A stretch of DNA of 64,000 nucleotides, taken from NCBI GenBank assembly GCA_016748015.1, contig JAAOMT010000294.1, positions 102,541 through 166,540 on the forward strand, given 5' to 3'. The notes beneath the pieces were generated by a model, which did no database searches, was not told the origin of the DNA, and saw nothing but the letters and a program-made list of their open reading frames with translations. Positions 1 through 13,994 of the stretch are shown here, one piece after another. The position numbers were made by a program, and so were the translations under genes. The DNA is from Geosiphon pyriformis uo1 (taxonomy: Eukaryota > Fungi > Glomeromycota). Each line of letters begins with the position of its first letter. Within the stretch, counting starts at the first letter, position 1.

Positions 1-920
1 ATTTAATAATTTTTAATTAATACAAATTTGAATTTATTTATGTTGTTTTAATTCTTAATAATATGTATTAATATTATTAATTTGTATGTAATAATATATA
101 AAAACTTTATATTTAGAGAATAATATATTAAAACTATGTTGGTTTTTAGTAATATAAAAAATAAAATATTAAAATTAATTGATTTTGTTTGAAGTTTTAT
201 AATTGAACATAAAAAACAAATCTGGCTAAAAAAAAAAAATTTATTAGTGCCAATAAATTTTTATTTGCTAATATTTGTGGTTTATTAATATTTTGTTTAA
301 AAATATGTAAATGTTTAGTATTAAGAAGAATTATGTTTCAAGTTTTGGTTTAAAATAGCAGTATTTGTTTTTTGTAAACTAGACAGAGATATTTTTGTTA
401 AAATAGTTTAATATAGTCTTGATTAGCTAAATGTATAAAAAAAACATGAATTATATTCAATTTAGAACACTTGGTTGTTCATTAAACTGAATAAAAAAAA
501 TTAAAACTAAATTAAATAAATTAGTTAAATACTAAACAAATTAACAGCTATATATTGAAAATAAAAAGTATTAATAGTTTTATCGAAATGTAATCAATAA
601 TTTATAATATTAAGATCAAATAATAATAAATAATTTACCGTGGAATATAAATACAAATTGCAAAAAACCTGCTTTTCAATTTTTGTTTGATTAATTCAGT
701 CATAAAATAACAAATTGCTTCCACTGATAGTTTCAAAATTTATTTAGTTATAATAAAATACAAAATATTTCTTTAAGATTCTAAAATTATCATTCTAAAA
801 TACTTTTTTTACAACATCCATTTCACGTGAACTTAAAATAAAGCTATACTTTAGCATGATGAAATAAAAATTTATAAAATAGAACTTATCTAATATATAA
901 AATTGTGGACAATCGATCAA

Positions 921-3900
921 TTAATCCAATGGCGTCGTAAAATTGCTGGGAAATAATCCTCTGACCTTTCGAGATTCATCTAAAAGTTCTCCTTCCCACC
1001 AACCATCTTCTTGCATTGCAAGAACAGCTAAAACATCATTCGCCGTGAAAGATATTTCCTCGGGTATAGTTGCTCGATAGTCATATAATGTGCGCACTAT
1101 CAAATTAAATTACCACAAAGAATGAATATTGAGAATATTGAGAATATAAATAATTTAAACAAATTTTATATGAATAAGCTCACCAGTAAAAAGAATCGGC
1201 CGCCCATCATCCGTCAATTGGGTTCCGGGTCTGTTTGAAGGTCCATTTGGACCTGGTACAATTCCAGCAGGTAATCGTGGGGATGATTGTTGGTTATGCG
1301 GTGGAGGTCTATTCCACGAAGAATTATTATTATTATTATTATTATAAGATGAAGGTCCTTGTGTTACAGAAGGACCAGGATGGCTATGGTTGGGATTTCC
1401 TCCATATACAGCGTTGGGTGGTAATGTAGCATTTCTTGACAAAGAAGATGGCTGACGTTGTTGGTGTGGCTGAAAACCAAGAGCAGGTCCCCTTGGAGCT
1501 TGATGAAAATTTGGGTTTTGATATTGAGGTCTCAATTGCTGTGGTTGGATCACTGGAGTTAACTCGGGTCGCCCATAATTAGAAGGACCTGAATCGCGAG
1601 GTGGTTGATAGCTACTAGGTAGACCATCAACATCTGGACCATAAGTATACGGAGTACTTATCGCAGTATTTATAGTATTGCTTCGTTGAATATTTGAACG
1701 TGAAATTTGTTGTTGATATGGTCCTGGTTGAGATCCACCACGATAATTGGGATGAATATTTGGATTTTGTCTAGAAAAATCATAGGTGTTTACATTATTG
1801 GTACGCAGGGAAGGCCTCCCTTGTAAAGGGGAAGGTTGATAGGCCGAGGATGGTACATATTTATGACGATTATTTTGATCCCCATTTATTGTACTGTTTA
1901 CGGAGCTGTTTGGACGAGGTTGTTGGAAGGGCGTCACTGATGAATATTCGGATTGTGGTCGGCTGGCGAAATTTGAATCGCTGATAATAGTCGGAGTAGC
2001 AGTGATTTGAAATTTGGCAGATTCTGGTGGAAGTCGTCCATCATTTTTAAGATATTTCTCAGCTAAAGTATCCTGAGTTACTCTACCATAAGCATCCATT
2101 GTTATTCCAAGAGACTTATTACTGCTATTGGTACTGGAGGAAGTGTTTATCGTATCTGTTCTCGTGACTCCTTGACTAGGCGATGTTTTAAGTTTGGGAG
2201 ATGGGATTGGAGTTGAAGAGTTACGTCTTGGAGAGGGTGACGGGCTTTGACGTATCGAAGAAGTAACTGATGATGGCTCTCCAGTTGATTCAATTTGATG
2301 AGGACTTTGTCGTAACTCATTCTTTAAGGATGGTTGCTGGTTAGGCTGAAACTGATTTGAAATTGGAAGTTGACTGGTCATAGAAAGTCGTCTTAAATCA
2401 CCTGGTCCTTGGTTAATAGTAGCCGGTGGTATCTGTGGAGATCGGGAACGATTACTTATCATTGTTTGAATTTCCATTTGTTGGGACGATCGTGGACCAA
2501 AATCCGCTGAAGGCTGACGTCGTGCATCGCCTGGTCCATTTACTATATGAGATGGGTCAAATGGTTGACCAGCGATAGCTCCATATGGTGGCTGCTGGCT
2601 ATTTGGAAGCTGTTGTTGTTGATAAGGATGAGCTTGAGAGCGAATTTGTTGGTATTGTTGATGCTGAGGTGGCTGATATTGATATTGCTGCGGATTGGGT
2701 TGATGAGGTCGCTGTTGCGGATTTAAAAACGTAGATGATGGTTTCGAGGTAGCTAAAATTTGGGATTGAGAGGAGGTTTGCGAAGAAGGGGTGTGATCAG
2801 TGCTCTGAAGTTTTGAACTCAAATGGGAATTAAAAGTTCTGGAATCGATTTGAGATTGATCCGAAAACAAATTATTGATGTTTGTATTGCTTTTATGTGA
2901 ATGAGGCTGATCAGTTTCTATTTTGTAAAGATTGGATTCTAAAGGTATAGGTGGTTGAGGCTTCTCAATTAAATGTGTCTGAATCCGTGAAATATCTTTT
3001 GATTCTAGATTTGACTGTTCTTGATTTGACTTTACGTTTGGATCCAAAGATAAATTCAACGGGGATTCTTTGATATCAGAATTTGCAGATTGACTCTCAA
3101 ATCCGGCCAAAGCTTTTTCAATCAAATATTGTTGTTCATCAATCTTGTCATTTTTCACACTAGTGTCTTGAATTTCAAAAACATTGTTACCAATTGACAT
3201 GAATTGTTTCGCTCCAACAATCGGAGGCTCAAACTCCTCTTCAAACTCAATTTGTTGCGATCGATTTAAGCTTGGTGATGAATTTTGAGTTAAAGATGCT
3301 GGTTTTGGTGAAGTCAAGGTTGAATACAAACTTGCACGTTTCATGTCTAAATCTGGACTTTGATGCGATGCTGAATCATCATCTTTAGTTGTTATCTCAT
3401 AAAGACTTTGTTGAGTTGGACTAGTGTAGCCGCTCTTTGTATATGGGTCATATCGTTGCTTGTGATTGTCTTGATACGGTGTTGACTGTAATTCATCTTG
3501 ATTGATTGATATACTCAAGTCATTTGTTTGTGAATATTCGGAAGTATTATCTGCTATATCAATAGGAACGGCACGATTTGAATCAAGTCCAAATTCATCA
3601 TTTGTCGAATTTCTCTCAAATGATGCTAGGGTGTATCTCAAGTCACTCTCTTTAGCTCCTGATTGAAAATTCACATAACTTGGTGGTTCTAATTGCAAGA
3701 AAAAGTTATAATCAAGAAATATACCCTTTAATATATGATCGAAAATTATCAAAATTCATACCAGGAATCTCTGGTCCTGTTGCACGCTCCCGAATGAATG
3801 TTAGTATATCAATTTCGACGTGGCACTGCTCTAAACAACTTCGAATACTTTCGCATGACTATTATTATAAATAGGTTTATAATTTTATAATTCATTTTTG

Positions 3901-5394
3901 TAAAAAAAACTTGAATTTTCCTCTAGATTGATAATCCTGGAAATTTTGATTAAATCAAAATTTCTATTCTCCCGAATAATTAATTACCTCGTCATCGGCA
4001 ACACAACTTGATGAAATTAAATTTGCGTACAGCCATAAATTCCTCTTCAAGAAATCGATACGTTCTTCTTCTAAATCTTGGAATTTCTACATGTTAATAA
4101 AACTCCTTTATTAGAATTGGTTTAATATGGTTTAAACTCGAAATTCATAAGCGATGATATTTACATCACAAGTAACTCTCCAATCCAGATTCCATTTTTG
4201 GGTAAGGTCTGACGCGCCTTTAAGGTAATTTTGATATTCTTGATCTAATGATAAAACACCAAATTTTACTAATCGAGAATAGGTCAAAAAATCCATGCTT
4301 AATTTAACTGGAATTTACCCGCAATTCGAAGAGCTATTTGGCTCTTTTCTAGTTTGAAATTGAACTAATCAAAATGTGAAATAGATTAATTAATATTAGA
4401 ATAGAAAATAAGTTGGCATAGAGAAATTGAATGGTATGGTCACCTTATCCAAGTCTTTACCTATAGAATTTTGTCGAGATGCTAATAAAGCATTCATTTT
4501 GACACATTCAGTTTCATATTTTTCTTTTGCCTGAACGATCCCGGATAAGAATAAAAACAAACTTTTAGAAAGGAAATCAATCGCCGATATCATTAGTCTA
4601 CGCAGAAAATAACATATACTTTGAATCAAGTATGACTTGCCTTTTGCAGATTGGCAGTTTGGGTTTGTTTGTTGCGCAAACTTCGATCCACAATTAAAGT
4701 TTGCTAAATAAATGTTGAAAGATATATTAAAAAAGATGTCTGGCCAACCAGGGTTCTAGAAATTATGATTTTACAATACCTGCTTTCTTTTTTCTTTCTG
4801 GCTAGCTATAAAAGTCGCTAATTCCTGTTCGAGTTTTGCTTTAATGTTTTGTGCAAGATTAATGTGTGATTTTGCTGTTGCCTCTAAAGCTTGTCGCGTT
4901 GTTTCAAAAGACTCCCGTAATGAGCTTTTTTTTTATGAAAATATAAGACCCATTAGTTGAAAATGGCTTTAGGAAAAGAAGGAAATCCCAAGGCTCAATA
5001 TAAGAATAGGTTCAAAGAATTGAACCTTTACCCAGTTTCATCTTTCCCAAAAATGGTCTTGGATAACTTCATCAACCGTTTTCCATAATCTTCCTCTATA
5101 GAAGCACTGAAAAAAGTAACTCTATTAGGATTCCAAGGCCTTAAAGTTGTAAAAAACGTTTAATAAAGAAATTACCGGTCATGGAGAAAAGATTTGACTT
5201 CATCGCAAGTCTGCTTTGCTTGACGCATTCTTGTCATCAAGGCTTCATGACCTGCTTCGTTTTTGCCCTATGATTGACAATAACAAACTAATCAAGCATT
5301 TGGAACCACTTGCGGGCAAAAATGAGAAGCTTACCCAAAAGTTATTTGAAAATATATGGGAGCGAGCATCCTTATTGTCCCCTTTAGAAGTCAT
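921..5394 (-). CDS. F-BAR + SH3 protein, Cdc15/Hof1/Imp2 (PCH) family; multi-exon
   Basis: Spliced N-terminus MTSKGDNKDARSHIFSNNFW|GQNEAGHEALMTRMRQAKQTCDEVKSFLHDR|ASIEEDYGKRLMKLSK is an FCH/F-BAR start; one ~2.5-kb exon encodes an S/P/Q/N-rich linker; last exon VRTLYDYRATIPEEISFTANDVLAVLAMQEDGWWEGE...GLFPSNF is an SH3 domain; GT-AG introns. Confidence 0.88.
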
Positions 5395-5655
5395 TTTCGT
5401 TGCTGATAAGCCGCTTTGTGTGAGTTGGATGGAACTAAAGGGGCAATTGATTATACACTTGTATATATATAGCCGGGAAATTTAAGTGGTTTTGCAATGT
5501 TTATGTTTCTCGAGAAACCCAATTCCGGAGTTAAAGCCAGCTCTCAACAGAATGTCTTGCAGTGTCGGAAAATTTGATGGTCAATGTATCACCACATTAA
5601 AAAAACATTGGTCCATTGTGACACTTTGATCAGGAAATTTTGACATCGTTAATAA

Positions 5656-7815
5656 ATGGCCACCAAAGGACCTCCTGTTCGAAAATCAAAAAAACGTAGA
5701 CTTGAGACTTCTAAAGTTGATAAGGAGGAAGAAAGTCAGGGCAATGTAATTGCACAACTAAAGTCGGTCGAAGGGGAGTCTTCCGGACCTCCACTGAGCT
5801 TGCCGGCTAACGTCACACCTCAACAGCTTCAACTTTTGATAAACCAATTACTAGACAACGTAAGTAAAAAATTGTAATCAGTTATGAAGGTTGAATCTTT
5901 AAACACAAACTTAAAACCTAATTATTAACCGAATTCAATTTTTCAGGAAGACCCTCTTCCTTATGCCTTCCACGTCGATGACAAAGAAATAACGACAAAT
6001 CTTTATCAGGACATTATTGAAGGATTAAATAAATCGACTGAGCACATTTTGACTATTATTTATCAACCTCAGGCCATCTTTCGGGTGCGGGCCGTGAATA
6101 GATGCAGTTCCAGTTTAAGCGGTATCAAGTTGAATTTCCCTTGCAATCCTTGATTATCGATTTGTTATTGATTATGATTTTTCTCGACATTATGCTCCCC
6201 AAATTTTTGGATCTACAGGGCATACAGAAGCCATATTGTCTGTTAGCTTTAGTCCTGATGGTACTCAACTTGCCACAGGTTCCGGTTCGTATCGATCTGA
6301 AGTTTCTTGGGCGTAATTAGGCTTTTAATATCTTATCTATTATCATCAGGTGATACCACAGTAAGAATATGGGATCTCAATACAGAAACTCCTCATCACA
6401 CATGCTCAGGTTAATACGATTAAACCGGCATAATTACAGTTTTAAAGATTGAGAACAATTATTAAATTTCTTTATACCTTTCAGGGCATACGAATTGGGT
6501 GCTGTATATCGCATGGTCACCCGACGGAAAATATCTGGCCTCTGGAAGTATGGACAACACGGTAAATTGCGATTCTGTTAGTTTTGGTCGAATATTTCAA
6601 AAATTTTTTTTAATATGCTGTGACTTTTAGGTTCGTGTATGGGATCCTTCAACAGGAAAATCAATTGGAGATGCTCTTAAAGGACACACAAAATGGATTA
6701 CGTCTTTAGCCTGGGAACCCCTTCACTTGTAATTATCCTTTTTCATTAAAGTAATACAACCATTATCTCATATTTCATTATTTTTTTTATAGAAACTCAA
6801 AATGTAATCGCCTAGCCTCTGCCTCAAAAGATGGAACGATTCGCGTTTGGGATGTCATCCTTCGGCGCCTATTATTTTCTTTAGCACAACATACGGCAGC
6901 GGTGACATGTGTCAAATGGGGAGGTGACGGCTTATTATACTCATCTAGCCAAGATAAATCTATAAAAGTCTGGGATGGTTTGGTAATTTTACATGATGAA
7001 ACTTAATTACTTGCTAATTTTTTATGTTACAATTTATTTCTTTCTTTCTTTCTTTCTTTGAAAGGGAAAACTTGTTAAGACATTATCTGGACATGCGCAT
7101 TGGGTTAATACCATGGCTTTGAGCACAGATTTTCTTTTGAGAACGGGAGCCATTGACCACACCGGTAAAACCCCAAAAGATGAGATAGAAGCAACAAATT
7201 GGGCCCTTGCTCGATATCAAGCGGGTCGAGGAAATAAAACTGAACGCCTCGTTTCAGGATCCGATGATTTCACGATGTTCTTATGGGAGCCAGCAACTAG
7301 CAAAAAGCCTATAGCCCGTCTAACAGGACATCAAAAACTTGTTAACCATGTTTGTTTTTCTCCGGATTCACGTTTTATTGCTAGTGCAAGCTTTGATAAT
7401 TCAGTAAAGCTTTGGGACGGATACTCGGGCAAATTCATTGCTTCATTAAGGGGACATGTGGGACCAGTTTATCAAGTTTGTTGGTCGGCTGACAGTCGAA
7501 TGTTGATTAGTGCTAGTAAAGATAGTACTTTAAAAATCTGGGATCTGAAAACACATAAGATCAAATCAGATTTACCCGGACATCTTGACGAGGTGAGCAG
7601 GTAATTTTCTTTTCTTAAAAGCATTTTTAAATTGATCTTTCCTATTGCAGGTCTTTAGTGTTGATTGGAGTCCTGGCGGTGATAAGGTGGCCAGTGGAGG
7701 TAAAGACGGACAGCTCAAGATGTGAGTACATTAGACATCAATAAAATGTAGATATTTGGATTTGTAATAGTCAAAATGAACGTTTTATTTCCCACAATAT
7801 AGATGGCGAAACTAA
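5656..7815 (+). CDS. RSA4: Ribosome assembly protein Rsa4 / Notchless (NLE domain + WD40 repeats); multi-exon
   Basis: NLE domain (LPANVTPQQLQLLINQLL; YQPQAIFRVRAVNRCSSSL), WD repeats (GHAHWVNTMALSTD; RLVSGSDDFTMFLW; RLTGHQKLVNHVCFSPD; DLPGHLDEV), ending KIWRN* at 7815. Confidence 0.95.
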
Positions 7816-8501
7816 TAACGCATTAGAAAACAATCCATGATCCACAATCTAATGAGATCAAGAAAAGAAAACATGGATTTCGCATAAGAATGGGATGTGA
7901 AATAAGGTAATAAATATATGTATATGATATTTATGAAGAGCCAGCTTCCACTCATGACCCGTTCTGAGATAAAAACTTCTGGGACGTTATCTTTGAGTTA
8001 ATCGAATTTCCTGCCTATCTTCCAGGAATTTATTGGCCGACATAAGAGCTCTCTTTTAATGTCCCAATATCTAAATTTTCCCAACTGATCCACAAATTCA
8101 TACAGCATTTCTTGTGCTATGTGATTCACTAGATTTCTCGTGCAGCTTGTGTTAATTTTCGAGTTAAGCCTTCGCCAGCTTCGATCAACTTCACTCCCAC
8201 CCGATATAAATGATTCAAAAAGAGCTTTTCGCAACTCTCGGATATTGTCAACTGTACTTTTTCAATAATTCCAAAAGAGAATGTTCAAGTTTTGGTTTGA
8301 TTTTCACTTCAGTAGTAGAAATCTTCATTATCTTTAGATAAATGAAGATTTTGTGGCGGCATTAGTGTTATTAATTATAAAAAAATTTAAACACGATTCT
8401 TTGAAATAATTTCTTTCACTTTATGGCCACTTGAGAATTCACATTATCAGGGTTCATGCTTTTTCAAACTTTTTTAGATCAGATTCATCCATATTCATTG
8501 G

Positions 8502-8770
8502 TTATTTGCTCTTGATGAGTGATTTATTTACTTGGTTTTCACATGTCAAATTCATTTTTTTGTCGCTTTGACACAATATATCTTTCAGGGTAAAAGCAAG
8601 CGGTTGGAATTTGGATAACCGACCAGTTACTTCGTAAACCTTTCCATGTTGGACACAAGATACACATCCTTTTGGAAGGTCCATAATTATGAATTGAGCT
8701 TTGTTAGCCCCATAATTTATTCCAACCACTTGCAATTTCCTTGAAAGATCTTCCTCATCACACTTGATAG
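8502..8770 (-). pseudogene. Relic of an uncharacterised multicopy Glomeromycotina protein family (C-terminal fragment)
   Basis: KCDEEDLSRKLQVVGINYGANKAQFIIMDLPKG...VYEVTGRLSKFQPLAFTLKDILC resembles, from recall only, the C-terminus of an expanded AM-fungal family; no start or complete gene is visible. Confidence 0.3.
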
Positions 8771-9110
8771 AAAGCTTCTAATTTCGGACAGTATTTCAAA
8801 AATAGCCTTTCTATCAAGATCAAAACCAGCCACAATGTAAAGATCAGATGAGTCAGTAGATCATCTTCAAACTAAATTAAATCAAAAAGCATTTTAATTT
8901 TCGGCTTTCGATGACGTATTTTAAGACTTGACCAAGGTTTTCTACGTTTTGCCAATTTAAGTTCATAGTCAAGCTTCTTCGTTCTAAACTTTAATTTTAA
9001 CATAATATCAAAGGCATTTGTGTCTCAAAAGATCATAACTGCTCAGCAATACTTTGTCGAAAATATTTGTCGTTAGCAATAGATCTTTTAATACTTGAAA
9101 CCTTTGTAAA

Positions 9111-12100
9111 ATGAAACAGAAATTCTCTGCACTTGATGTTCGGGCCACTGTCTCTGATTTAAGAGAGAGGTATGGAAATTATAATTTTTGGTCTTTTCAT
9201 TGCTTGATTATGATTGGCTCTTTTCCAAAATTTCTTTACACTTGCCAATCACATACGAGCAATGACCAAGGACAATTGATTGTCTCTGATCAATTTTTTA
9301 CAGGATATTAGGGCTCCGTCTACAAAACATCTATGATGTAAACGCGAAAACCTACCTATTCAAGTTCTCCAAGGTAAATTGAAATTTGAGAATCGCAAAA
9401 TCCTAATCTTTAATATCTTTTTGATATTTTTAGCCGGATCGCAAAGAACTCTTGCTTTTGGAATCAGGTATTCGTATTCATACTACACAATTTGCGCGTG
9501 ACAAATCGACGATACCATCAAACTTTTGTATGAAGGTAATTCTGTTTAGCAATCTTGTATATAGTATTTAATTTTCCAAGTATAAACAATTTCTTACTCA
9601 AGATTTCATAGCTGCGCAAACATCTTAGAACGCGAAGATTAACAGATGTTCGACAAGTTGGAATTGATAGAATCATTGATTTTGAATTTGCCGGTATTGG
9701 GGAAGGAATTACCTACCACATATTTACCGAATTTTATGCTTCAGTAAGCTTTTATTTAATCGGTGAAACTTGGAGGATCAAACCAAGAAAATTTAAATTT
9801 TGTCATTTTTAGGGAAATATTATTCTCACCGATCATGAATACATGGTTTTGGCCTTATTAAGGGTCGTCCAACCAAAAGAAAATGAGCGGATCGCCGTTG
9901 GACATACATATGACATTGGAGCCGTGGCTCGGAGCATAGAACCCATATTAAGGACGCGACTGCAAGATTTGCTAAAAAATGCTAAAAATGGTGAAACCTT
10001 GAAAAAAGTATTGAATTCTAACCTAAGTAAGTAATTGAAAAAATTTAAGCTATTGATTTTTTTAATGTAACCTCCCTTTTTTCCTTTAACCAGATTACGG
10101 ACAAACATTGACCGAACATGCAATTCGGGTTGCACAATTAAATCCGAACTTAAAAGTCACCTCTGAATTTGATACATCTGATGGTAATTTTTTTTTCAGT
10201 TTAGCAGCACTGAAAACATACTAAACAACCGGATTTAAAAATTAATAGAATCTATACAATTAAACGCGCTCTTAACCGGGTTTCAAGAAGCGGACCACTT
10301 AATTGAAGAGAGCGGCAGGAGAACTCAGAAGGTATTTCTTAATATTTATCCTCTCGATTCCTAATTTCAAATCATATCTCGTTGACCACAATCGTAACTT
10401 GGGAAAAGGGATATATTATTTTGCTCCGACGTTTCAAAAATCCTATAATTCACGATAACCAAGAGGAAGAGGTTGTGACGTACGTTTTTATTAAGATTTT
10501 TTGTAATATTCATTTCTTATCCATAAGAAATAATAAATGAAGGTTTTTACAGTTATGACGAATTTCATCCATATTTATTCGAGCAACATAAGCACAAGGC
10601 CTATAAGGAATTTGATTCGTTTGATATGGCTGTAGATGAATACTTTTCCTCGATGGAAAGTCAAAAACTAGAGATTAAGCAGCAAAACCAGGAAGAGGCC
10701 GCTTTAAAAAAGCTCGAGACCATCAAAAAGGAGCAATACGGACGCGTGCAAAACTTGGAACACGCGCAATCAGAGAATGTACGAAGGGCACTATCTATCG
10801 AGGCAAATATTGAAATAGTAGATCAAGCTATAATGGTTATACGGAATGCAATAGCAAGTTCAATAGACTGGAAAGACCTTGAAAATCTGGTAGCAGAAGA
10901 GAGAAAGAAACACAATCCAATTGCTCTTATAATTGATAAATTAAAATTAGATACGAATCAAATATCTTTGTCGCTCAGGTATACGCTCTTATCTTTCATA
11001 TTACTTTTTTGTGATTCATCTCTGACAAACCCTCAACAAAATAAGTTAATTTTAGAGAACTTGATCAAGAAACTTTTTATGATTCCTCTGATGATGAGGA
11101 TAAAGGAGAAGAAACAAAACCCAAAACTCCATCCAATCTTTCCAAGATAGACGTTGACATTTATTTATCGGCTTTTGCTAACGCTAGGAAATATTATGAT
11201 GCCAAAAAACAATCGGCTCTCAAACAAGAAAAAACTTTAGCCGTTGCTGACAAGGTGATTAAATATATTCAATAAAATCTCTTTAACTCTAATTCTTGTT
11301 TTTGTTTTTTATGACTAATACATTATCTTTAAAAGGCATTTAAAAGTGCCGAACAAAAAATTAAGCAAGATCTTAAAGAAACCAAGATTACTGCTACTAT
11401 CAATAAAATTCGTAAACCTTTTTGGTTTGAAAAGTTCATGTGGTTCATTTCTTCAGAGAATTACCTTGTCATTGCTGGACGAGATATGCAACAGAATGAA
11501 TTAATAGTCAAGCGGCACTTGCGTAAAGGTAATTCATATCTTTTTAGTGGAATAAATGATATTTTGCATAAAATTTACTTTTTTGTTTTAAAGGCGATGT
11601 TTATGTTCATGCTGATTTACATGGAGCTGCTTCGGTGATAATCAAGAATTCCCATGAAGGTGAGCCAATTCCTCCGAGCACGCTATTTCAAGCAGGGGTT
11701 ATGTCGGTTTGTCAGAGTAAAGCTTGGGAAGCAAAGATTATTACTAGTGCCTATTGGGTGAATGCAGATCAGGTAATTTGATGCATATCACTTTTCGGTT
11801 TTATCATAAACGAACTACTCTGATTCTTTTCGAATTTCAAATACTAGGTGTCCAAAACTGCACCTACTGGCGAGTATCTTACCACCGGTTCATTTATGAT
11901 TCGTGGTAAAAAAAATTTTTTGCCGCCAGTTCAACTCGTGTATGGTTATGGTCTACTGTTTCGTCTAGAAGAAGAAAGCATACCTAATCATCTTCATGAA
12001 AGGCGTCCACTTAAGGTGGAAGAAGCCACCGAAGAAAATCAGGTTAGAAACTATTCAATTAATTTATAAAAAAATTATATGTATAAATTTGTGAAGCAAT

Positions 12101-13994
12101 TATAATCTTTTTATCCATTGCGATTATTCGCAAATTGTGGGAGTCTGCATCATATTGACGATATCAATGAAATATATAGCTATACTCTTTCACGATTTTT
12201 GGTCTTCTATGCTAACAGCTATATTTTGCCATCATGGAAAACCATCGTGTCCGTGAAAACAACCTTAGCTGCTTTAAATAGTGTATATGGTAAATCTTCA
12301 TTATGGAGGGTCGTTAAAAAACGTATTTTATTATCAGAATATTAGAAATTCACCTTGGTCGGAAAATAATGTAGACTCTGATAGTGTCGATTCTGTCTTA
12401 GGTAATATGGTTATTGGATTTATTTTAATCGATACAGATACTAAAAATATTCACTTTAAAAAGCCAAACCAATTGTCCAAAGTCAGCAAATTTCGTCGGA
12501 GATACAAGAAACCGAACCAGAAAGTCCACGATCATTGTTTTCTGAAGGTCACGACATTTTAGAGCTGGACGATGAAGAAAATAATTTATTTCCTGATAAT
12601 CAAGATTCAAGCTCAGAAAATTCAAAATTTGATAAACCGACTTGGGATAAATACAATCTCGATGAGTATGGTAATGATCAAGAGGAGGAGCAAGAAGAGG
12701 ACAAGGATGACAAAACCGCTGATCAAAAAACTGTAAGACTGCTCAATTTTTTTATAGAAATCATAAATTAAAGCGCTTTTAAATAACATTCATTTTCATC
12801 AACTCAGAAAAAGAAACATCTAAGCGCAAAAGAAAGGCGTACATTAAAGAAACAAAAAGAAGGAAATCCGAGTGGTGCTATTGATGGCAATCCAGAAAAA
12901 CAGAATTCTAACAAAGGAAAAGAGGTGCATAAAGTTTTAAACGCAATTCTATTCGAATATTTTTTTAAGATGACTTGCTTTTGGGTGTTTTATTTAGGCT
13001 CTAAAACAACTCGTTACCCCCACACGTGGCAAAAAGGGTAAGCTAAAAAAAATAAAAGAGAAGTACGCTGATCAAGATGAAGAGGAAAGGCAATCTCGAA
13101 TGGAGTTATTATCGGTGAGTCCACCTAATATTATCATTATGATGATAAAAACAAAGTTTTAATCAATGCTTTAATGAAGCCGGCAAAAGGGCCTCAGCCT
13201 AAGGGTAAAAAGGCCAAAAAAGAGATGCGCAATCAGATCCTTACAAAAAAAATCAAGCAAGCTACAAAGGGTGATGAAAATGATGAAGTTATTAGTACAC
13301 AGCCAACACAAGACGATGAATTTGATGAAAAATTGGTGGGTTTTCGGTCATCTTGTGACCAAGAATATTGCTTAAATTCAATTAAGTCTTCTATGAAGTA
13401 AATTAAATTTGCCATCTTCAGGAGGTTGACGAAAATGAGTCGGAGGAAGTACGACAACTTTTAAAAGAAGAAAATGTGGCTACATTAGAAAATGTATGTA
13501 ATTATTTCCTTACAGTTTGCCATTGTCCCATTGCTTTGCTATCAGAACTGTTATCTGCTATCTTCGAATTTCCCTTAGGACAATTTGACAGTTTTGGATA
13601 CACTCACTGGCGTTCCATTTCCTAACGACATTTTATTGTTTGCCGTCCCGGTTTGTGCCCCGTATAGCGCTTTGAATAAATATAAATTCAAAGTGAAAAT
13701 AACACCTGGATCTATGAAGAAAGGGAAAGGTTAGTATTGTTCTTTCTCTCAAATCTGCTTGTCCACATGACATTTTTATTGGAAAAAATCTAACAGTTGG
13801 TAAAAACCTTAGCTTGTAAAATCGCCACCAATTTCTTCCTCGCTGATTCGAGTTTATCACCCAGGGAGAAAGAGTTAATAAAAAGTGTACCAGATACTGA
13901 AATGATATCAGTCATGTTGGGGAAGTCCAAAGTTTCTGCCCCGAATATTGAGCAGTCTAAAAAATCTGGGAAAAAATCATCTGGGAAAAAATAA
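9111..13994 (+). CDS. RQC2: Ribosome quality control subunit Rqc2/Tae2/NEMF; many exons
   Basis: [10 protein letters not shown]...[10 protein letters not shown]...[10 protein letters not shown]...[10 protein letters not shown]; [26 protein letters not shown]; [16 protein letters not shown]; [27 protein letters not shown]; [22 protein letters not shown]; [23 protein letters not shown]. Confidence 0.95.

Noticed and set aside
5395-5655. Short divergent promoter between the F-BAR gene and RSA4, and RSA4-RQC2 adjacency
   Set aside because: Ordinary compact fungal arrangement; no motif evidence for co-regulation
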